Shown in pieces: positions 16,789-27,400 of a stretch of DNA of 64,000 bases. Numbering within the stretch: the first letter of the stretch is position 1; the number at the start of each line of letters is the position of its first letter. Below the pieces are notes generated by a model. That model was not told where the DNA came from, searched no databases, and worked only from the letters and a program-made list of their open reading frames with translations. Made by a program: the position numbers and the translations under genes. Origin of the DNA: a virus (taxonomy: Duplodnaviria > Caudoviricetes); IMG/VR virus record IMGVR_UViG_3300030390_001134, positions 167 through 64,166 of that record, one strand, 5' to 3'.

Positions 16789-19161
16789 ATGGCTGAGTCA
16801 GTATATGTAAACTTTCCTTCTCAAGCGGTTCCTGACCTAGAGAAAATGAGTACCGAATATGGTCTCAAGGTGGCACAAGCTATAGAGCAGGAGTGGTTCA
16901 AGGATTCACATAGTAATAGGTACAACGTAACTCAACAGAAGTTCCACAACCTAAGACTATATGCCAGAGGAGAGCAATCCATACAGAAGTACAAAGATGA
17001 GTTGTCTATCAACGGCGATTTATCATATCTTAACTTAGACTGGAAGCCAGTTCCTATTATACCAAAGTTTGTAGATATTGTAGTGAATGGTATGGCTGAG
17101 AGAATGTTCACGGTAAAAGCTTATTCACAAGATCAGTATGGCGTAAGTAAGAGAACTGAGTACATGGAGTCAATGATGAGGGATATGGACGCTAAGGTAT
17201 ACAATGACCAAGCTGCGGAGATGTTCAGTGTTGATCTCTATGAAAACAAAAAAGAAGAGCTACCAGACACGCAGGAAGAGTTAGACTTACACATGCAGCT
17301 TAACTACAAGCAAGCTGTAGAGATAGCCGAAGAGCAAGCTATAAACGTACTCTTGGATGGCAATAAATATGATCTAATAAGACGTAGGCTTCTTTATGAT
17401 TTAACAGTGCTAGGCATTGGCTGTGTGAAAACAGGGTTTAACTGGAGCGATGGAGCCACCGTGCAATATGTGGATCCAGCAAGCATTGTCTACTCTTATA
17501 CTGACTCTCCTTATTTTGACGATATATACTATATAGGAGAGGTTAAAACAATTCCAATTAACGAACTTGCTAGGGAGTTCGACCACTTAACCGAGTCTGA
17601 TCTTAAGGACATACACTCTAGCTCTGGACAAAGGAATATACGTGGGAGAAGAATCAACGAGACAGATAAAAACAAAGTCCAAGTCTTATACTTTAACTAC
17701 AGAACATACACTAACGATGTCTACAAAGTTAAAGAAACAGGTTCTGGTGGAGAGAAAGCTATAGAGAAATCAGACGTATTTAATCCACCTGAGAATAAGG
17801 AAGGTGGTTACTCAAGACTACAGAGGTCTGTGGAGTGTATATTTGAAGGCGCTATAATTCTTGGTACAGACAAACTCATCAAGTGGCAAAAAGCTGAGAA
17901 TATGATGCGTAGCAAGAGTGATTTTAACAAAGTTAAAATGAACTACTCTTTAGTTGCGCCAAGGATGTACGAAGGACGTATTGAGTCTATCGTAAGTAGA
18001 ATTACTGGTTTTGCTGATACTATTCAATTGACTCACCTTAAATTACAGCAGGTCTTATCTCGCATGGTACCCGATGGAGTATACCTTGATGCAGACGGAC
18101 TTGCTGAAATAGATTTAGGTAACGGCACTAATTACAACCCACAGGAAGCACTTAATATGTTTTTCCAAACAGGTTCTGTTATAGGTAGAAGTCTAACCGC
18201 TGACGGCGACCCTAATCCAGGCAAGATACCTATTCAACAGATATCAAATGGAGCTGGGCAGAACAAAATGGGTAGTTTAATCCAGACTTACAATTACTAT
18301 CTTCAAATGATACGTGATGTAACGGGGTTGAACGAAGCTAGGGACGGTAGCACGCCAGACCCTAATGCGCTGGTGGGCGTGCAAAAGCTCGCTGCTGCCA
18401 ACTCCAACGTAGCTACCAGACATATACTTTTATCTTCGATGTTCTTGACGTCTGAAGTTGCTGAGGCTCTTTCTTTACGTATATCAGATATATTAGAGTA
18501 CTCTCCAACTGCTGAAGCTTTTGTTCAGTCTATAGGCTCTCATAATGTAGCTACACTAAAAGAGATGTCAGAGCTACATCTTTATGATTTTGGTATATTC
18601 TTAGAGCTAGAGCCTGATGAAGAGGAAAAGCAAATGCTAGAGAATAATATCCAAACGGCATTGTCTCAGAAGTTAATAGATTTAGATGATGCTATAGACA
18701 TTAGAGAGGTTAGGAACTTGAAGTTAGCAAATCAGTTGCTAAAGATAAAACGTAAGAAGAAACAAGAACGTGACCAGCAAATCCAACAGCAAAACATTCA
18801 AGCGCAAGCACAGGCAAATGCGCAAGCTCAACAAGCCTCAGCTCAGTCTGAGATACAAAAAAATCAGGCAAAAGCTCAAACCGACACACAATTAGAGCAA
18901 ATGAAAGCTCAAAGCAAACTAACTCATCTTCAAGAAGAGGTTAGATTAAAGAAAGAGTTGATGCAGTTTGAGTTTGACTTAAACCAGAGCCTACGTGACC
19001 AAGAGAGAGAGTCTACAGAGAAGTTGGAGGGTATGAAAGAAGCCGGTAAAGATAAACGAGAAAATGTCAAAGCAGGTGCTAAAAAGTTTGAGTCTTCAGG
19101 TAATGATATACTAGGAGGCGGATTGGGTTTAGATAAGTTCAACCCACAAATTGGTAATTAA
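16789..19161 (+). CDS. portal protein
   Basis: 790 aa after terL; PVPIIPKFVDIVVNG, IRDVTGLNEARDG, Q-rich C-terminal coiled-coil barrel. Confidence 0.88.
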   Translation: MAESVYVNFPSQAVPDLEKMSTEYGLKVAQAIEQEWFKDSHSNRYNVTQQKFHNLRLYARGEQSIQKYKDELSINGDLSYLNLDWKPVPIIPKFVDIVVNGMAERMFTVKAYSQDQYGVSKRTEYMESMMRDMDAKVYNDQAAEMFSVDLYENKKEELPDTQEELDLHMQLNYKQAVEIAEEQAINVLLDGNKYDLIRRRLLYDLTVLGIGCVKTGFNWSDGATVQYVDPASIVYSYTDSPYFDDIYYIGEVKTIPINELAREFDHLTESDLKDIHSSSGQRNIRGRRINETDKNKVQVLYFNYRTYTNDVYKVKETGSGGEKAIEKSDVFNPPENKEGGYSRLQRSVECIFEGAIILGTDKLIKWQKAENMMRSKSDFNKVKMNYSLVAPRMYEGRIESIVSRITGFADTIQLTHLKLQQVLSRMVPDGVYLDADGLAEIDLGNGTNYNPQEALNMFFQTGSVIGRSLTADGDPNPGKIPIQQISNGAGQNKMGSLIQTYNYYLQMIRDVTGLNEARDGSTPDPNALVGVQKLAAANSNVATRHILLSSMFLTSEVAEALSLRISDILEYSPTAEAFVQSIGSHNVATLKEMSELHLYDFGIFLELEPDEEEKQMLENNIQTALSQKLIDLDDAIDIREVRNLKLANQLLKIKRKKKQERDQQIQQQNIQAQAQANAQAQQASAQSEIQKNQAKAQTDTQLEQMKAQSKLTHLQEEVRLKKELMQFEFDLNQSLRDQERESTEKLEGMKEAGKDKRENVKAGAKKFESSGNDILGGGLGLDKFNPQIGN

Positions 19162-19175
19162 TTATATAATATATT

Positions 19176-20336
19176 ATGGAAGAAGTAAAAAACGAAGAAG
19201 TAGTCGAAGAGACTACTCAAGAAACGCCTCAGGTAGAGGTTGTAGAAGAACAAGCCCCAGAGCTTGATTTAGAAAAATTTGAAAGCAAAGATGACCCAGA
19301 TGTCATTAAAGTAGATTTAAGCAAACCAGTAGAACCACAAGAAGAAGTAGTTGATGAAAACCAAATTGATCTCGAAGAAGCAATTGAAGAAGTTGCACAA
19401 GAAGAGAACGCTAGCGACGAAGCACCCACGCTTGAGGAAGTAACAGAAGAGGAGATAACTGAAGAAGAGGTTATTGAAGCTTTAGACGCAAACGAGGAAA
19501 CAGGGAAAGCTATACCTGAGAACGTTCAGAAGCTAATGGACTTCATGGATGAGACAGGTGGAGATCTTCAGGACTATGTTAACCTCAACCGGGACGTTAA
19601 AGATCTAGACGATCAAGACGCTTTACTTGAGTACTACAAAAGAACTAAGCCTCATCTAAACTCGGAGGAGATAAACTTCCTTATGGAAGATAACTTCTCA
19701 TTTGACGAGGACATAGATGAAGAGAGAGATATTAAACGAAAAAAATTGGCCCTCAAAGAGCAAGTTGCCGAGGCCAAGACCTACTTAGACGGGCAAAAGT
19801 CTAAATACTATGAAGAGATTAAAGCTGGAAGCAAGCTCACAACTGAGCAGCAGAAAGCAATAAATTTCTTCGACCGATACAATAAAGAGTCAGAGCAGAC
19901 GCAAAAAGTAGCTCAACAACAGAAGTCTAGATTTAACAAGAAGACCGAGCAGGTTTTCAATAACGAGTTCAAAGGTTTTGAATATAACGTTGGAGATAAA
20001 AGATTTAGATATAATGTTAAGGATGCAAACCAAGTAAAGGAAACCCAAAGCGATATTAACAACTTTGTCAAAAAGTTTTTGAACGAAGATAATACAATGT
20101 CAGACGCTAAAGGTTACCATAAGAGTTTGTACACAGCTATGAATCCAGACGCAGTTGCTAATCACTTTTACGAACAAGGCAAGGCAGACGCGCTGAAAGA
20201 CAGTGTGGCCAAAGCTAAGAATATCAACACGACGGCTAGATCCTCTCATGGAGAAAGCCAGACTGGAGGTACAAAGTTTAAGGTGTTAGGTGATGATTCT
20301 GCCTCTTTTAAGTTCAAAATGAAAAATAAAAAATAA
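19176..20336 (+). CDS. probable capsid scaffolding protein
   Basis: Very acidic N-terminus plus coiled coil; lies between portal and major capsid. Confidence 0.7.
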   Translation: MEEVKNEEVVEETTQETPQVEVVEEQAPELDLEKFESKDDPDVIKVDLSKPVEPQEEVVDENQIDLEEAIEEVAQEENASDEAPTLEEVTEEEITEEEVIEALDANEETGKAIPENVQKLMDFMDETGGDLQDYVNLNRDVKDLDDQDALLEYYKRTKPHLNSEEINFLMEDNFSFDEDIDEERDIKRKKLALKEQVAEAKTYLDGQKSKYYEEIKAGSKLTTEQQKAINFFDRYNKESEQTQKVAQQQKSRFNKKTEQVFNNEFKGFEYNVGDKRFRYNVKDANQVKETQSDINNFVKKFLNEDNTMSDAKGYHKSLYTAMNPDAVANHFYEQGKADALKDSVAKAKNINTTARSSHGESQTGGTKFKVLGDDSASFKFKMKNKK

Positions 20337-20355
20337 CAATTAAAATTACAAGATT

Positions 20356-21789
20356 ATGGCTATAACAGGCGTAACAGCGGGAAGTTTAACTCCCGCACCA
20401 AGAAAACAAACGCTTATTTCCGCGTATATCGACTTTGCTACGGCGGGTAGTTCTGACGGATGGGCGCAACAATATTTACCAGACCTTATGGAAAAAGAGG
20501 CTGAGATTTTTGGAAACAGAACTATCTCAGGATTCCTTTCTCAAGTAGGGGCTGAAGAGTCTATGACAGCTGACCAAGTAGTTTGGTCTGAGCAAGGTCG
20601 ACTACATTTGTCTTATAAGAATTGCACGTCTGTAACAGCTACTGGTGTAATAACTATTGGTGATGAAATGGACGGTACTGCATCAGTAAGTACGCATGCT
20701 ATTAGAGCAGGTGACATGGTGTTGGTTACCGACGGTAGCGCAACTGCTCAGTGCTTTGTTACAGTTGCTGTACCTGGCTCTGACACAATTACTGTAAAAC
20801 CTTACAAATTTGCTAATCTAGCTGCTGCGGGTATCGCGGATGGTACAGACAAAAGCGTTTTGGTTTACGGTTCTGAGTTTGTAAAAGGAGCAGTAGGACG
20901 AGTTGGAGCTAACGCACCGGCTTTCAAGTCTTACACTAACAAGCCGATCATCCTAAAGGACAAGTACGAGATCTCTGGATCTGACGCTTCTCAAATTGGT
21001 TGGGTTGAAGTTTCTGGAGAAGAAGGACAGAATGGTTACCTATGGTATTTAAAAGCCGAAGGTGATACACGTGCTCGTTTCACAGATTACTTAGAGATGG
21101 CTATGATTGAGTCAGTTAAAATGACTAACGCTGTTACTTCTGCAATTGATGGAGCTGCCGGTGCAATCACTGGTACTGAGGGTTTATTCTCTGCTATTGA
21201 AACGCGAGGAAATCAATCTTCTGGTATCACAGGCGTTAACGCTGCTACTGACCTAGCTGAGTTTGATGCTATCTTAGCTGAGTTCGATAAGAACGGTTCT
21301 ATTGAAGAGAATATGATGTTTGTAAATAGAGCAACAGCTCTAGCTATGGATGACATGCTTGCTTCTATGAATTCTTACGGTGCTGGAGGTACTTCTTATG
21401 GAGTATTTGAAAACAACGAAGATATGGCTCTTAACTTAGGATTCTCTGGATTCCGTCGTGGATCTTACGATTTCTATAAGTCAGATTGGAAGTACTTAAA
21501 TGATGTGGCTACTAGAGGCGGTTTAACTGACACAGTTAACGCTATCCGTGGAGTTATGATCCCAGCTGGAGTTTCTTCGGTATACGATCAAAACCTAGGT
21601 AAGAATCTTAAGCGTCCTTTCCTACACACACGTTACCGCGCTTCTGCTACAGACAACCGTAAGATGAAGACATGGACCACTGGTTCTGTTGGAGCTACAA
21701 CTTCTGACTTAGATGCTATGGAGGTGCACTACCTATCTGAGCGTTGCTTAGTGGTACAAGGTGCTAACAACTTCATGTTGTTGAACTAA
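20356..21789 (+). CDS. major capsid protein
   Basis: 477 aa, position after scaffold, biased codon usage, strong terminator downstream; WSEQGRLH and LSERCL motifs of Bacteroidota podovirus MCPs. Confidence 0.85.
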   Translation: MAITGVTAGSLTPAPRKQTLISAYIDFATAGSSDGWAQQYLPDLMEKEAEIFGNRTISGFLSQVGAEESMTADQVVWSEQGRLHLSYKNCTSVTATGVITIGDEMDGTASVSTHAIRAGDMVLVTDGSATAQCFVTVAVPGSDTITVKPYKFANLAAAGIADGTDKSVLVYGSEFVKGAVGRVGANAPAFKSYTNKPIILKDKYEISGSDASQIGWVEVSGEEGQNGYLWYLKAEGDTRARFTDYLEMAMIESVKMTNAVTSAIDGAAGAITGTEGLFSAIETRGNQSSGITGVNAATDLAEFDAILAEFDKNGSIEENMMFVNRATALAMDDMLASMNSYGAGGTSYGVFENNEDMALNLGFSGFRRGSYDFYKSDWKYLNDVATRGGLTDTVNAIRGVMIPAGVSSVYDQNLGKNLKRPFLHTRYRASATDNRKMKTWTTGSVGATTSDLDAMEVHYLSERCLVVQGANNFMLLN

Positions 21790-21808
21790 GGTAAGATTAT
21801 ATTTGGTG

Positions 21809-21840
21809 AAACTACCTCTCCTTCGGGAGGGGTAGTTTTA
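21809..21840 (+). terminator. intrinsic terminator after the major capsid gene
   Basis: AAACTACCTCTCC-TTCG-GGAGGGGTAGTTT followed by a T-rich tail. Confidence 0.85.
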
Positions 21841-21865
21841 TATTAATTTTTTATTATATTATATT

Positions 21866-22705
21866 ATGGCTAAAAAGCAAACAAAAAAAGTAGAGGTTAA
21901 AGAACCCTACGTAGAAGAAACAGTTGTAGTTGAAGCTCTAAAACCGGAGCCTAAACCAATTGCAAAAGAATTACCCAAGAAAGACACTTGGGAGATCAAG
22001 GATAGAGTTTACGCATTAACAAGGGGTCGATCGCCACTAAGTTTTGCTATACGCACAAACGATATACACTGGTTTGACGAAGAAAAGGGTTACGAGAGAG
22101 AGTTGAAACACACTTCCAATCAAAGGTCATGCTTCGTTGACGAGATGCATGGTGAGCAGAGGCTAGAGCATATAGTTTTCAGAAACGGAACTTTAGCTGT
22201 ACCGAGAAATAAAGTGACATTACAGAAATTACTGTCACTATACCACCCTCAAAACGGATCTTTGTTTGAAGAAGTAAAACCAGCTCAAAAAGCAGCAAGT
22301 GAAATACAGGTGCTAGAATTAGAAATAGATGCGCTTAACGCAGCCATGAGCTTAGATATTGATATGGCAGAAGCCGTTATGAGAGTAGAGGTTGGTTCTA
22401 AAGTCACAGAGATGAGTTCTAAGGAGCTTAAACGAGATTTATTACTATATGCTAAGAGAAACCCCGGTTTGTTCTTAGATTTAGTCAATGACGATAATGT
22501 GATGCTTAGGAACTTTGGTATCAAAGCCACGGAGATGGGTATTATCAAATTATCTTCTGATCAACGAACGTTCTCATGGGGAACTAATGACAGGAAGTTA
22601 ATGACAGTTCCTTTCGATGAGCACCCATATTCAGCCTTAGCCCAATGGTTTAAGTCTGATGAAGGGATGGAGATATACTCCAATATAGAAAAACGATTAA
22701 ATTAA
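21866..22705 (+). CDS. conserved phage protein downstream of the major capsid gene
   Basis: 279-aa ORF, low-complexity N-terminus. Confidence 0.75.
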   Translation: MAKKQTKKVEVKEPYVEETVVVEALKPEPKPIAKELPKKDTWEIKDRVYALTRGRSPLSFAIRTNDIHWFDEEKGYERELKHTSNQRSCFVDEMHGEQRLEHIVFRNGTLAVPRNKVTLQKLLSLYHPQNGSLFEEVKPAQKAASEIQVLELEIDALNAAMSLDIDMAEAVMRVEVGSKVTEMSSKELKRDLLLYAKRNPGLFLDLVNDDNVMLRNFGIKATEMGIIKLSSDQRTFSWGTNDRKLMTVPFDEHPYSALAQWFKSDEGMEIYSNIEKRLN

Positions 22706-22718
22706 TAATCAATGGTGA

Positions 22719-22744
22719 TGCAACTGCCCTTCGGGGTGGTTGCA
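22719..22744 (+). other. UUCG-capped intergenic RNA hairpin (terminator-like but without a U tract)
   Basis: TGCAACTGCCC-TTCG-GGGTGGTTGCA followed by A-rich sequence. Confidence 0.6.
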
Positions 22745-22763
22745 AAACTACAAAAAAAGAATT

Positions 22764-23495
22764 ATGGCAATAAGTGTAGACACAGTATATCAAAGAGTAT
22801 TAGCCCTTGCGAACAAAGAGCAACGTGGTTATGTTACTCCGCAGGAGTTTAACTTATTGGCAAACCAGGCTCAGATGAGTATATTTGAGTCTTACTTCTA
22901 CGCTAAGAATCAGAGAGAGCGAGCTGAGTCAGCTAGAACAAACGAAGTGGATGAGACGGACATAGGGGAATTGTTAGGTGCTAAATTAAGCCCATTTAGA
23001 AAAGTCCAAGCTGTTACAAGCGGGCATACTTTTTTAGGAGTAGGCACTATAGGTAGTGTTGAGCGCGATGTGTTTCAAACCGGTAGGGTATTCTTAGGCA
23101 ACGACGTTTGCCATAAGTTGTCACTTAACGAGGCTAGCAGGATTCTGCGATCTAAACGCCATATTGCTACAACAGCAAGTCAATTTCCGATATATACAGA
23201 TAATCCCGCGGACGCTAGGGATATACTAGTATATGCTGGTAGTACCTCGGCCGAAGCCACGATTACGGCGGAATACTTTTTAGTTCCTAAAGTTGTTAAC
23301 TGGGCATATGTAGTTGTTAACAGCAAAGCCTTATATAACGCTACGTTAGGTGTTGACTTTGAACTACACAGATCAGAGGAAGATACTTTAGTATATGACA
23401 TACTAGCCTTAGCAGGTATAGTAATAAATAAAACTCAACTTGCTCAAACAGCGTCTCAAATTGGTATTGGTGAACAACAACTTCAAAACGTATAA
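22764..23495 (+). CDS. tail/neck ring (head-tail adaptor-like) protein
   Basis: Start MAISVDTVYQ; LANKEQRGYVTPQEFNLLAN; position after the capsid genes. Confidence 0.65.
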   Translation: MAISVDTVYQRVLALANKEQRGYVTPQEFNLLANQAQMSIFESYFYAKNQRERAESARTNEVDETDIGELLGAKLSPFRKVQAVTSGHTFLGVGTIGSVERDVFQTGRVFLGNDVCHKLSLNEASRILRSKRHIATTASQFPIYTDNPADARDILVYAGSTSAEATITAEYFLVPKVVNWAYVVVNSKALYNATLGVDFELHRSEEDTLVYDILALAGIVINKTQLAQTASQIGIGEQQLQNV

Positions 23496-23499
23496 ATAG

Positions 23500-24435
23500 A
23501 TGGGAATATTAGTATCACCGGAACAAGCGTATTACCGACATGATGGAGATCACGGTAATTATAGATATATAAACTTAACTGAGATCATAGACTCTTTTAG
23601 CGCAACATATATAGGAGAAGGTAAGTTGTGTGAAAACGTGGTTTTGAACGATGTTACATTCCACGCTATTAGAGGATTACAGGAACTAAGCTACGATACC
23701 ATTCGATCAACTAAAGATTGGGAGGTTGCAATACCTAGCACGTTGGTTCTAGTCATGCCTGCAGATTATATTAACTACGTGAAGTTATCTTGGAGTGACA
23801 GTAACGGTATAGAAAGAATTATATACCCAACGTCTAAAACTTCAAATCCGTTTAATATAAACGAAGCTATAACTAACGCTGGGGGCTTTGAAACAGGTGG
23901 TGCAACCACTGACCTTACTCACACGGCAGCTGATAGCGACAACAACCTCAACTCTGACACGTGGGCTAACTACAAAGCGAACACCTCTTCTGACATAGGA
24001 TCCGTTGACGCAGACGAAATGGATGACGAGTACGGTAACTTAGTCGGAGCTAGATATGGCATTGACCCTCAACACGCTCAAGCTAATGGATCTTTCTTTG
24101 TAGATGAAAAACAAGGTAAGTTTCACTTTAGTTCTAATATTGCAGGTAAAACTGTAGTGCTTAAATATATAAGTGATGGTGTAGCTACTAACGCCGCTAA
24201 TGATGCTATAGACCTAACAGAGTCTTACGTACCTAAGTTTGCGGAGGAAGCTATATACAAGCATATCTTGTACGGAGTGCTATTAGCGCGTAAAGATTCG
24301 CCAGCAGGTTTACTGGCACAGATTAAAAAAGAACGGTTTGCAGAGACTAGAAAAGCTAAGTTAAGATTATCTAATCTTAAACTAGAAGAGTTAACACAGG
24401 TACTTAGAGGAAGCTCTAAAATAATCAAACACTAA
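23500..24435 (+). CDS. tail/neck ring structural protein
   Basis: MPADYINYVKLSW, LKYISDG, VPKFAEEAIY pattern of podoviral tubular/ring proteins. Confidence 0.65.
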   Translation: MGILVSPEQAYYRHDGDHGNYRYINLTEIIDSFSATYIGEGKLCENVVLNDVTFHAIRGLQELSYDTIRSTKDWEVAIPSTLVLVMPADYINYVKLSWSDSNGIERIIYPTSKTSNPFNINEAITNAGGFETGGATTDLTHTAADSDNNLNSDTWANYKANTSSDIGSVDADEMDDEYGNLVGARYGIDPQHAQANGSFFVDEKQGKFHFSSNIAGKTVVLKYISDGVATNAANDAIDLTESYVPKFAEEAIYKHILYGVLLARKDSPAGLLAQIKKERFAETRKAKLRLSNLKLEELTQVLRGSSKIIKH

Positions 24436-24438
24436 AGT

Positions 24439-27400
24439 ATGGCTGAGTTAAAACGTAACTTCTTAGGGGCTAGGATGAATAAGGATGTCGACGAAAGACT
24501 CCTTAAACCTGGTGAATATAGAGACGCTAACAATATAGAGATATCCACGTCGGAAGGTTCTGATGTAGGCACTGTGCAGACTATAAAGGGTAACACTAAA
24601 CGCGAGACTATGGCCTCGGGAACGGGTGTTTACGGAGTGCCAGACACAGCAACATGCGTAGGGTCGATCGCAGATAAGGAGACTGATAAGATATATTACT
24701 TTCTCTCTGGAGGTGATAGGAATGATTCTCTTGAGCTACCTAGTTTAAGAAAGAACTACATACTAGAGTATGATACTGTGCTAGAAAGCCATAAGTATGT
24801 ATTTGTAGATATATTTGAAGTAAATACTACATGTGGTGAACTTACTGAAGGAAATTCTTATATTTATATACCTGCACCAGACCAAACCGGTAGTTCTAAC
24901 TTTAATACTACAGGCGTAAGGATAGGTATGACTCTTACAACTACTGGTGGGTATAACGAAAATGATGAGATAAAAGTTACAGATATAAAATACGAAACGC
25001 TATCGCCCTATGGTGTTAGTTTCCCTGTTTTTAAAATAACTCTTAGTAAAGCTTTAACCGCGTTTAATATCCCTGTTAATGCCGCTGTAAAGTTCATATC
25101 AGGTTCAGTACTTAGGTTTAAAAGAGATAGACTTATAACAGGTGTTAACATATTAGATGGTTTTATTTACTGGACAGACGATTTTTCTGAACCCAAGAAA
25201 ATAAATATAAAACGATCCATTATGGGTACTGGAGGCACTAAGTATCTTGTTGGCGGAAGTATTACGGGTGGTATTAGCGACACTGCTACTGCTAACTCTT
25301 ATAATCTTTTTACAGGAGATACAGAGCATTTCCACACGCGGTTAGTAATAAAGGGTGAGAGTACCAACCCGAACACTAATCACATAGTTGTAACCAACCC
25401 TGCGGGGAATGAGGCTGTATACGTTAAAGAAGATCATATAACTGTAATTAAGAAAGCCCCAACGCAGCCTTTGGATCTTGAAATGTATAGGAGCGTAACG
25501 CCTAGATTAGACAATAGCGGAGCAGAGGCCTCAGTCACTGGTTTTGTTTCAGGTTTTAACTTCCACGTTGATGGAGAGCTTCTTACTACTAGTTCGGAAC
25601 CAATCACCTTCGAGTTGTCAGAAGCTAGAGATTTTAGAAAAGATGATATATTAACTTTTTCTAGTCCAGGATCTTCAACTACAGGTAGCTACTCAGAGTG
25701 GCAGGTTAAAGTTAAAGTTACAAGTGGGGTAGCTCAAAGTGCGATAGGGTATAATCCCGTGACAGAGATTACTGGTCAAATACTTAATATCTCAAAAGAT
25801 ATTGCTTCTACACAAGATCAATGGAATGTGAAGAGGGAGACTGGAGACACTTTGTTTGAGTTTAAGTTTCCTAGGTTTTCGTACAGATACAAATACCAAG
25901 ACGGAGAGTACTCTACTTTTGCACCTTTTTCTCAAGTGGCATTCTTGCCAGATGTGTTTGACTATGCTACAAAGCAAGGGTATAATCTAGGTATGATTAA
26001 TCAGCTTAAAAGCTTGAAGCTGAAAGGTTATTTTGGCAACTCAGATATTAGACCTAGAGATATATCAGAGATAGATATACTATACAAGGAAACCAACAAC
26101 CCTACTGTGTATGTTCTTAGAACTTTAACAGCTAACTCCAAAGGTGACCTTAACGCGTGGCCTGATCTTTTGACTTCTCCAAACGCAAGAGGAGAGGTGA
26201 CCGTTAATAGCGATAACATATACTCTGTTGTTCCTTCTAATCAATTGCTAAGACCATGGGACAATGTGCCTCTCTTTGCTAAGTCACAAGAGATTAGTGC
26301 TAACAGGCTTATTTATGGCAACTACGTACAAAACTTTAATGTTCCAAAAGAGCCTAAAATAACCTTCAACCTACTAATTGACGGCGCATCGGACGCTGAT
26401 TGGCAGAACGCCGGGCCTTCTATAAAGTCTTTGCGAGATTACTCTATTGGTGTGGTATATAGTGATGACTACGGAAGAGAGACGCCTGTGCTTTTTGACA
26501 CTCCTAAATCTATAAAAACGCTTAAAGAAAACTCAAGCACAAGAAATAGATTTCAAGTTAGCTTAAGCGACGACGTGCCACCACCTAGTTGGGCGAAGTA
26601 TTTTTCTTATTACATAAAGGAAACATCCACAGAATACTACAACCTAGTTATGGATAGGTGGTATGATGCTGGAGATGGTAATGTGTGGTTGTCCTTTCCC
26701 TCGGCTGAGCGAAATAAAATTGACGAGGATACATATATTAAGCTTAAAAAGAAACATGGTTCTAATACCACCTCTACAGAAAGAGCAAGGTATAAGGTTT
26801 TATCTATAGAAAACGAAGCGCCAGATGCGGTAAAAAAGAATAGGGTTATTGTAGGAACTTTATTTAATTCAGGTTTTATTGGTAATTCAGAAGAAGGATA
26901 CCCGCTACAAGGTTTTACTTACTTTATGGTTCAAGCCACAAACTTTAACGCTAGCATAGATATCGGTGTATTACAAAATGCATCCGAGACAAGTGTAAGA
27001 TTTGGTGGCGCTGGCCTTGTATCTAATCATTATGAAATTGTTAGCGTTACAACGGTTAACGACAAATACAGAATAGAACTTAAAACACCTATTGGCCCAG
27101 ACGCGGCTTTTGCTTCTGCCTCCGATACTTTTGCCTCTGCTATACAAGACCTTTATGTAGAGTTTTTTGAAATGAAAACCGAAAATAAAGCAGAGTTTGA
27201 TGGTAGATTTTTTGTAAAAATAAATAGCGATCAGGCTCTACGCTCAGAGGTTTTATTTTCAAATGATACTAGCCAACGAACAATTATTGATTCAAAAGCC
27301 TTAAGGTATCTAAACAATAACGGGTATGTTACAGAGACTATGTACACGGGCCCTAAAACTATTCGTCATCTTGAAAATGGTTATTCAGGTACTAGAGACT

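Noticed and set aside
22719-22744. Intrinsic terminator
   Set aside because: Strong UUCG hairpin but no downstream U tract on either strand; more likely a stability or processing hairpin. The track's 22740 start lies inside it, so the start was moved to 22764.
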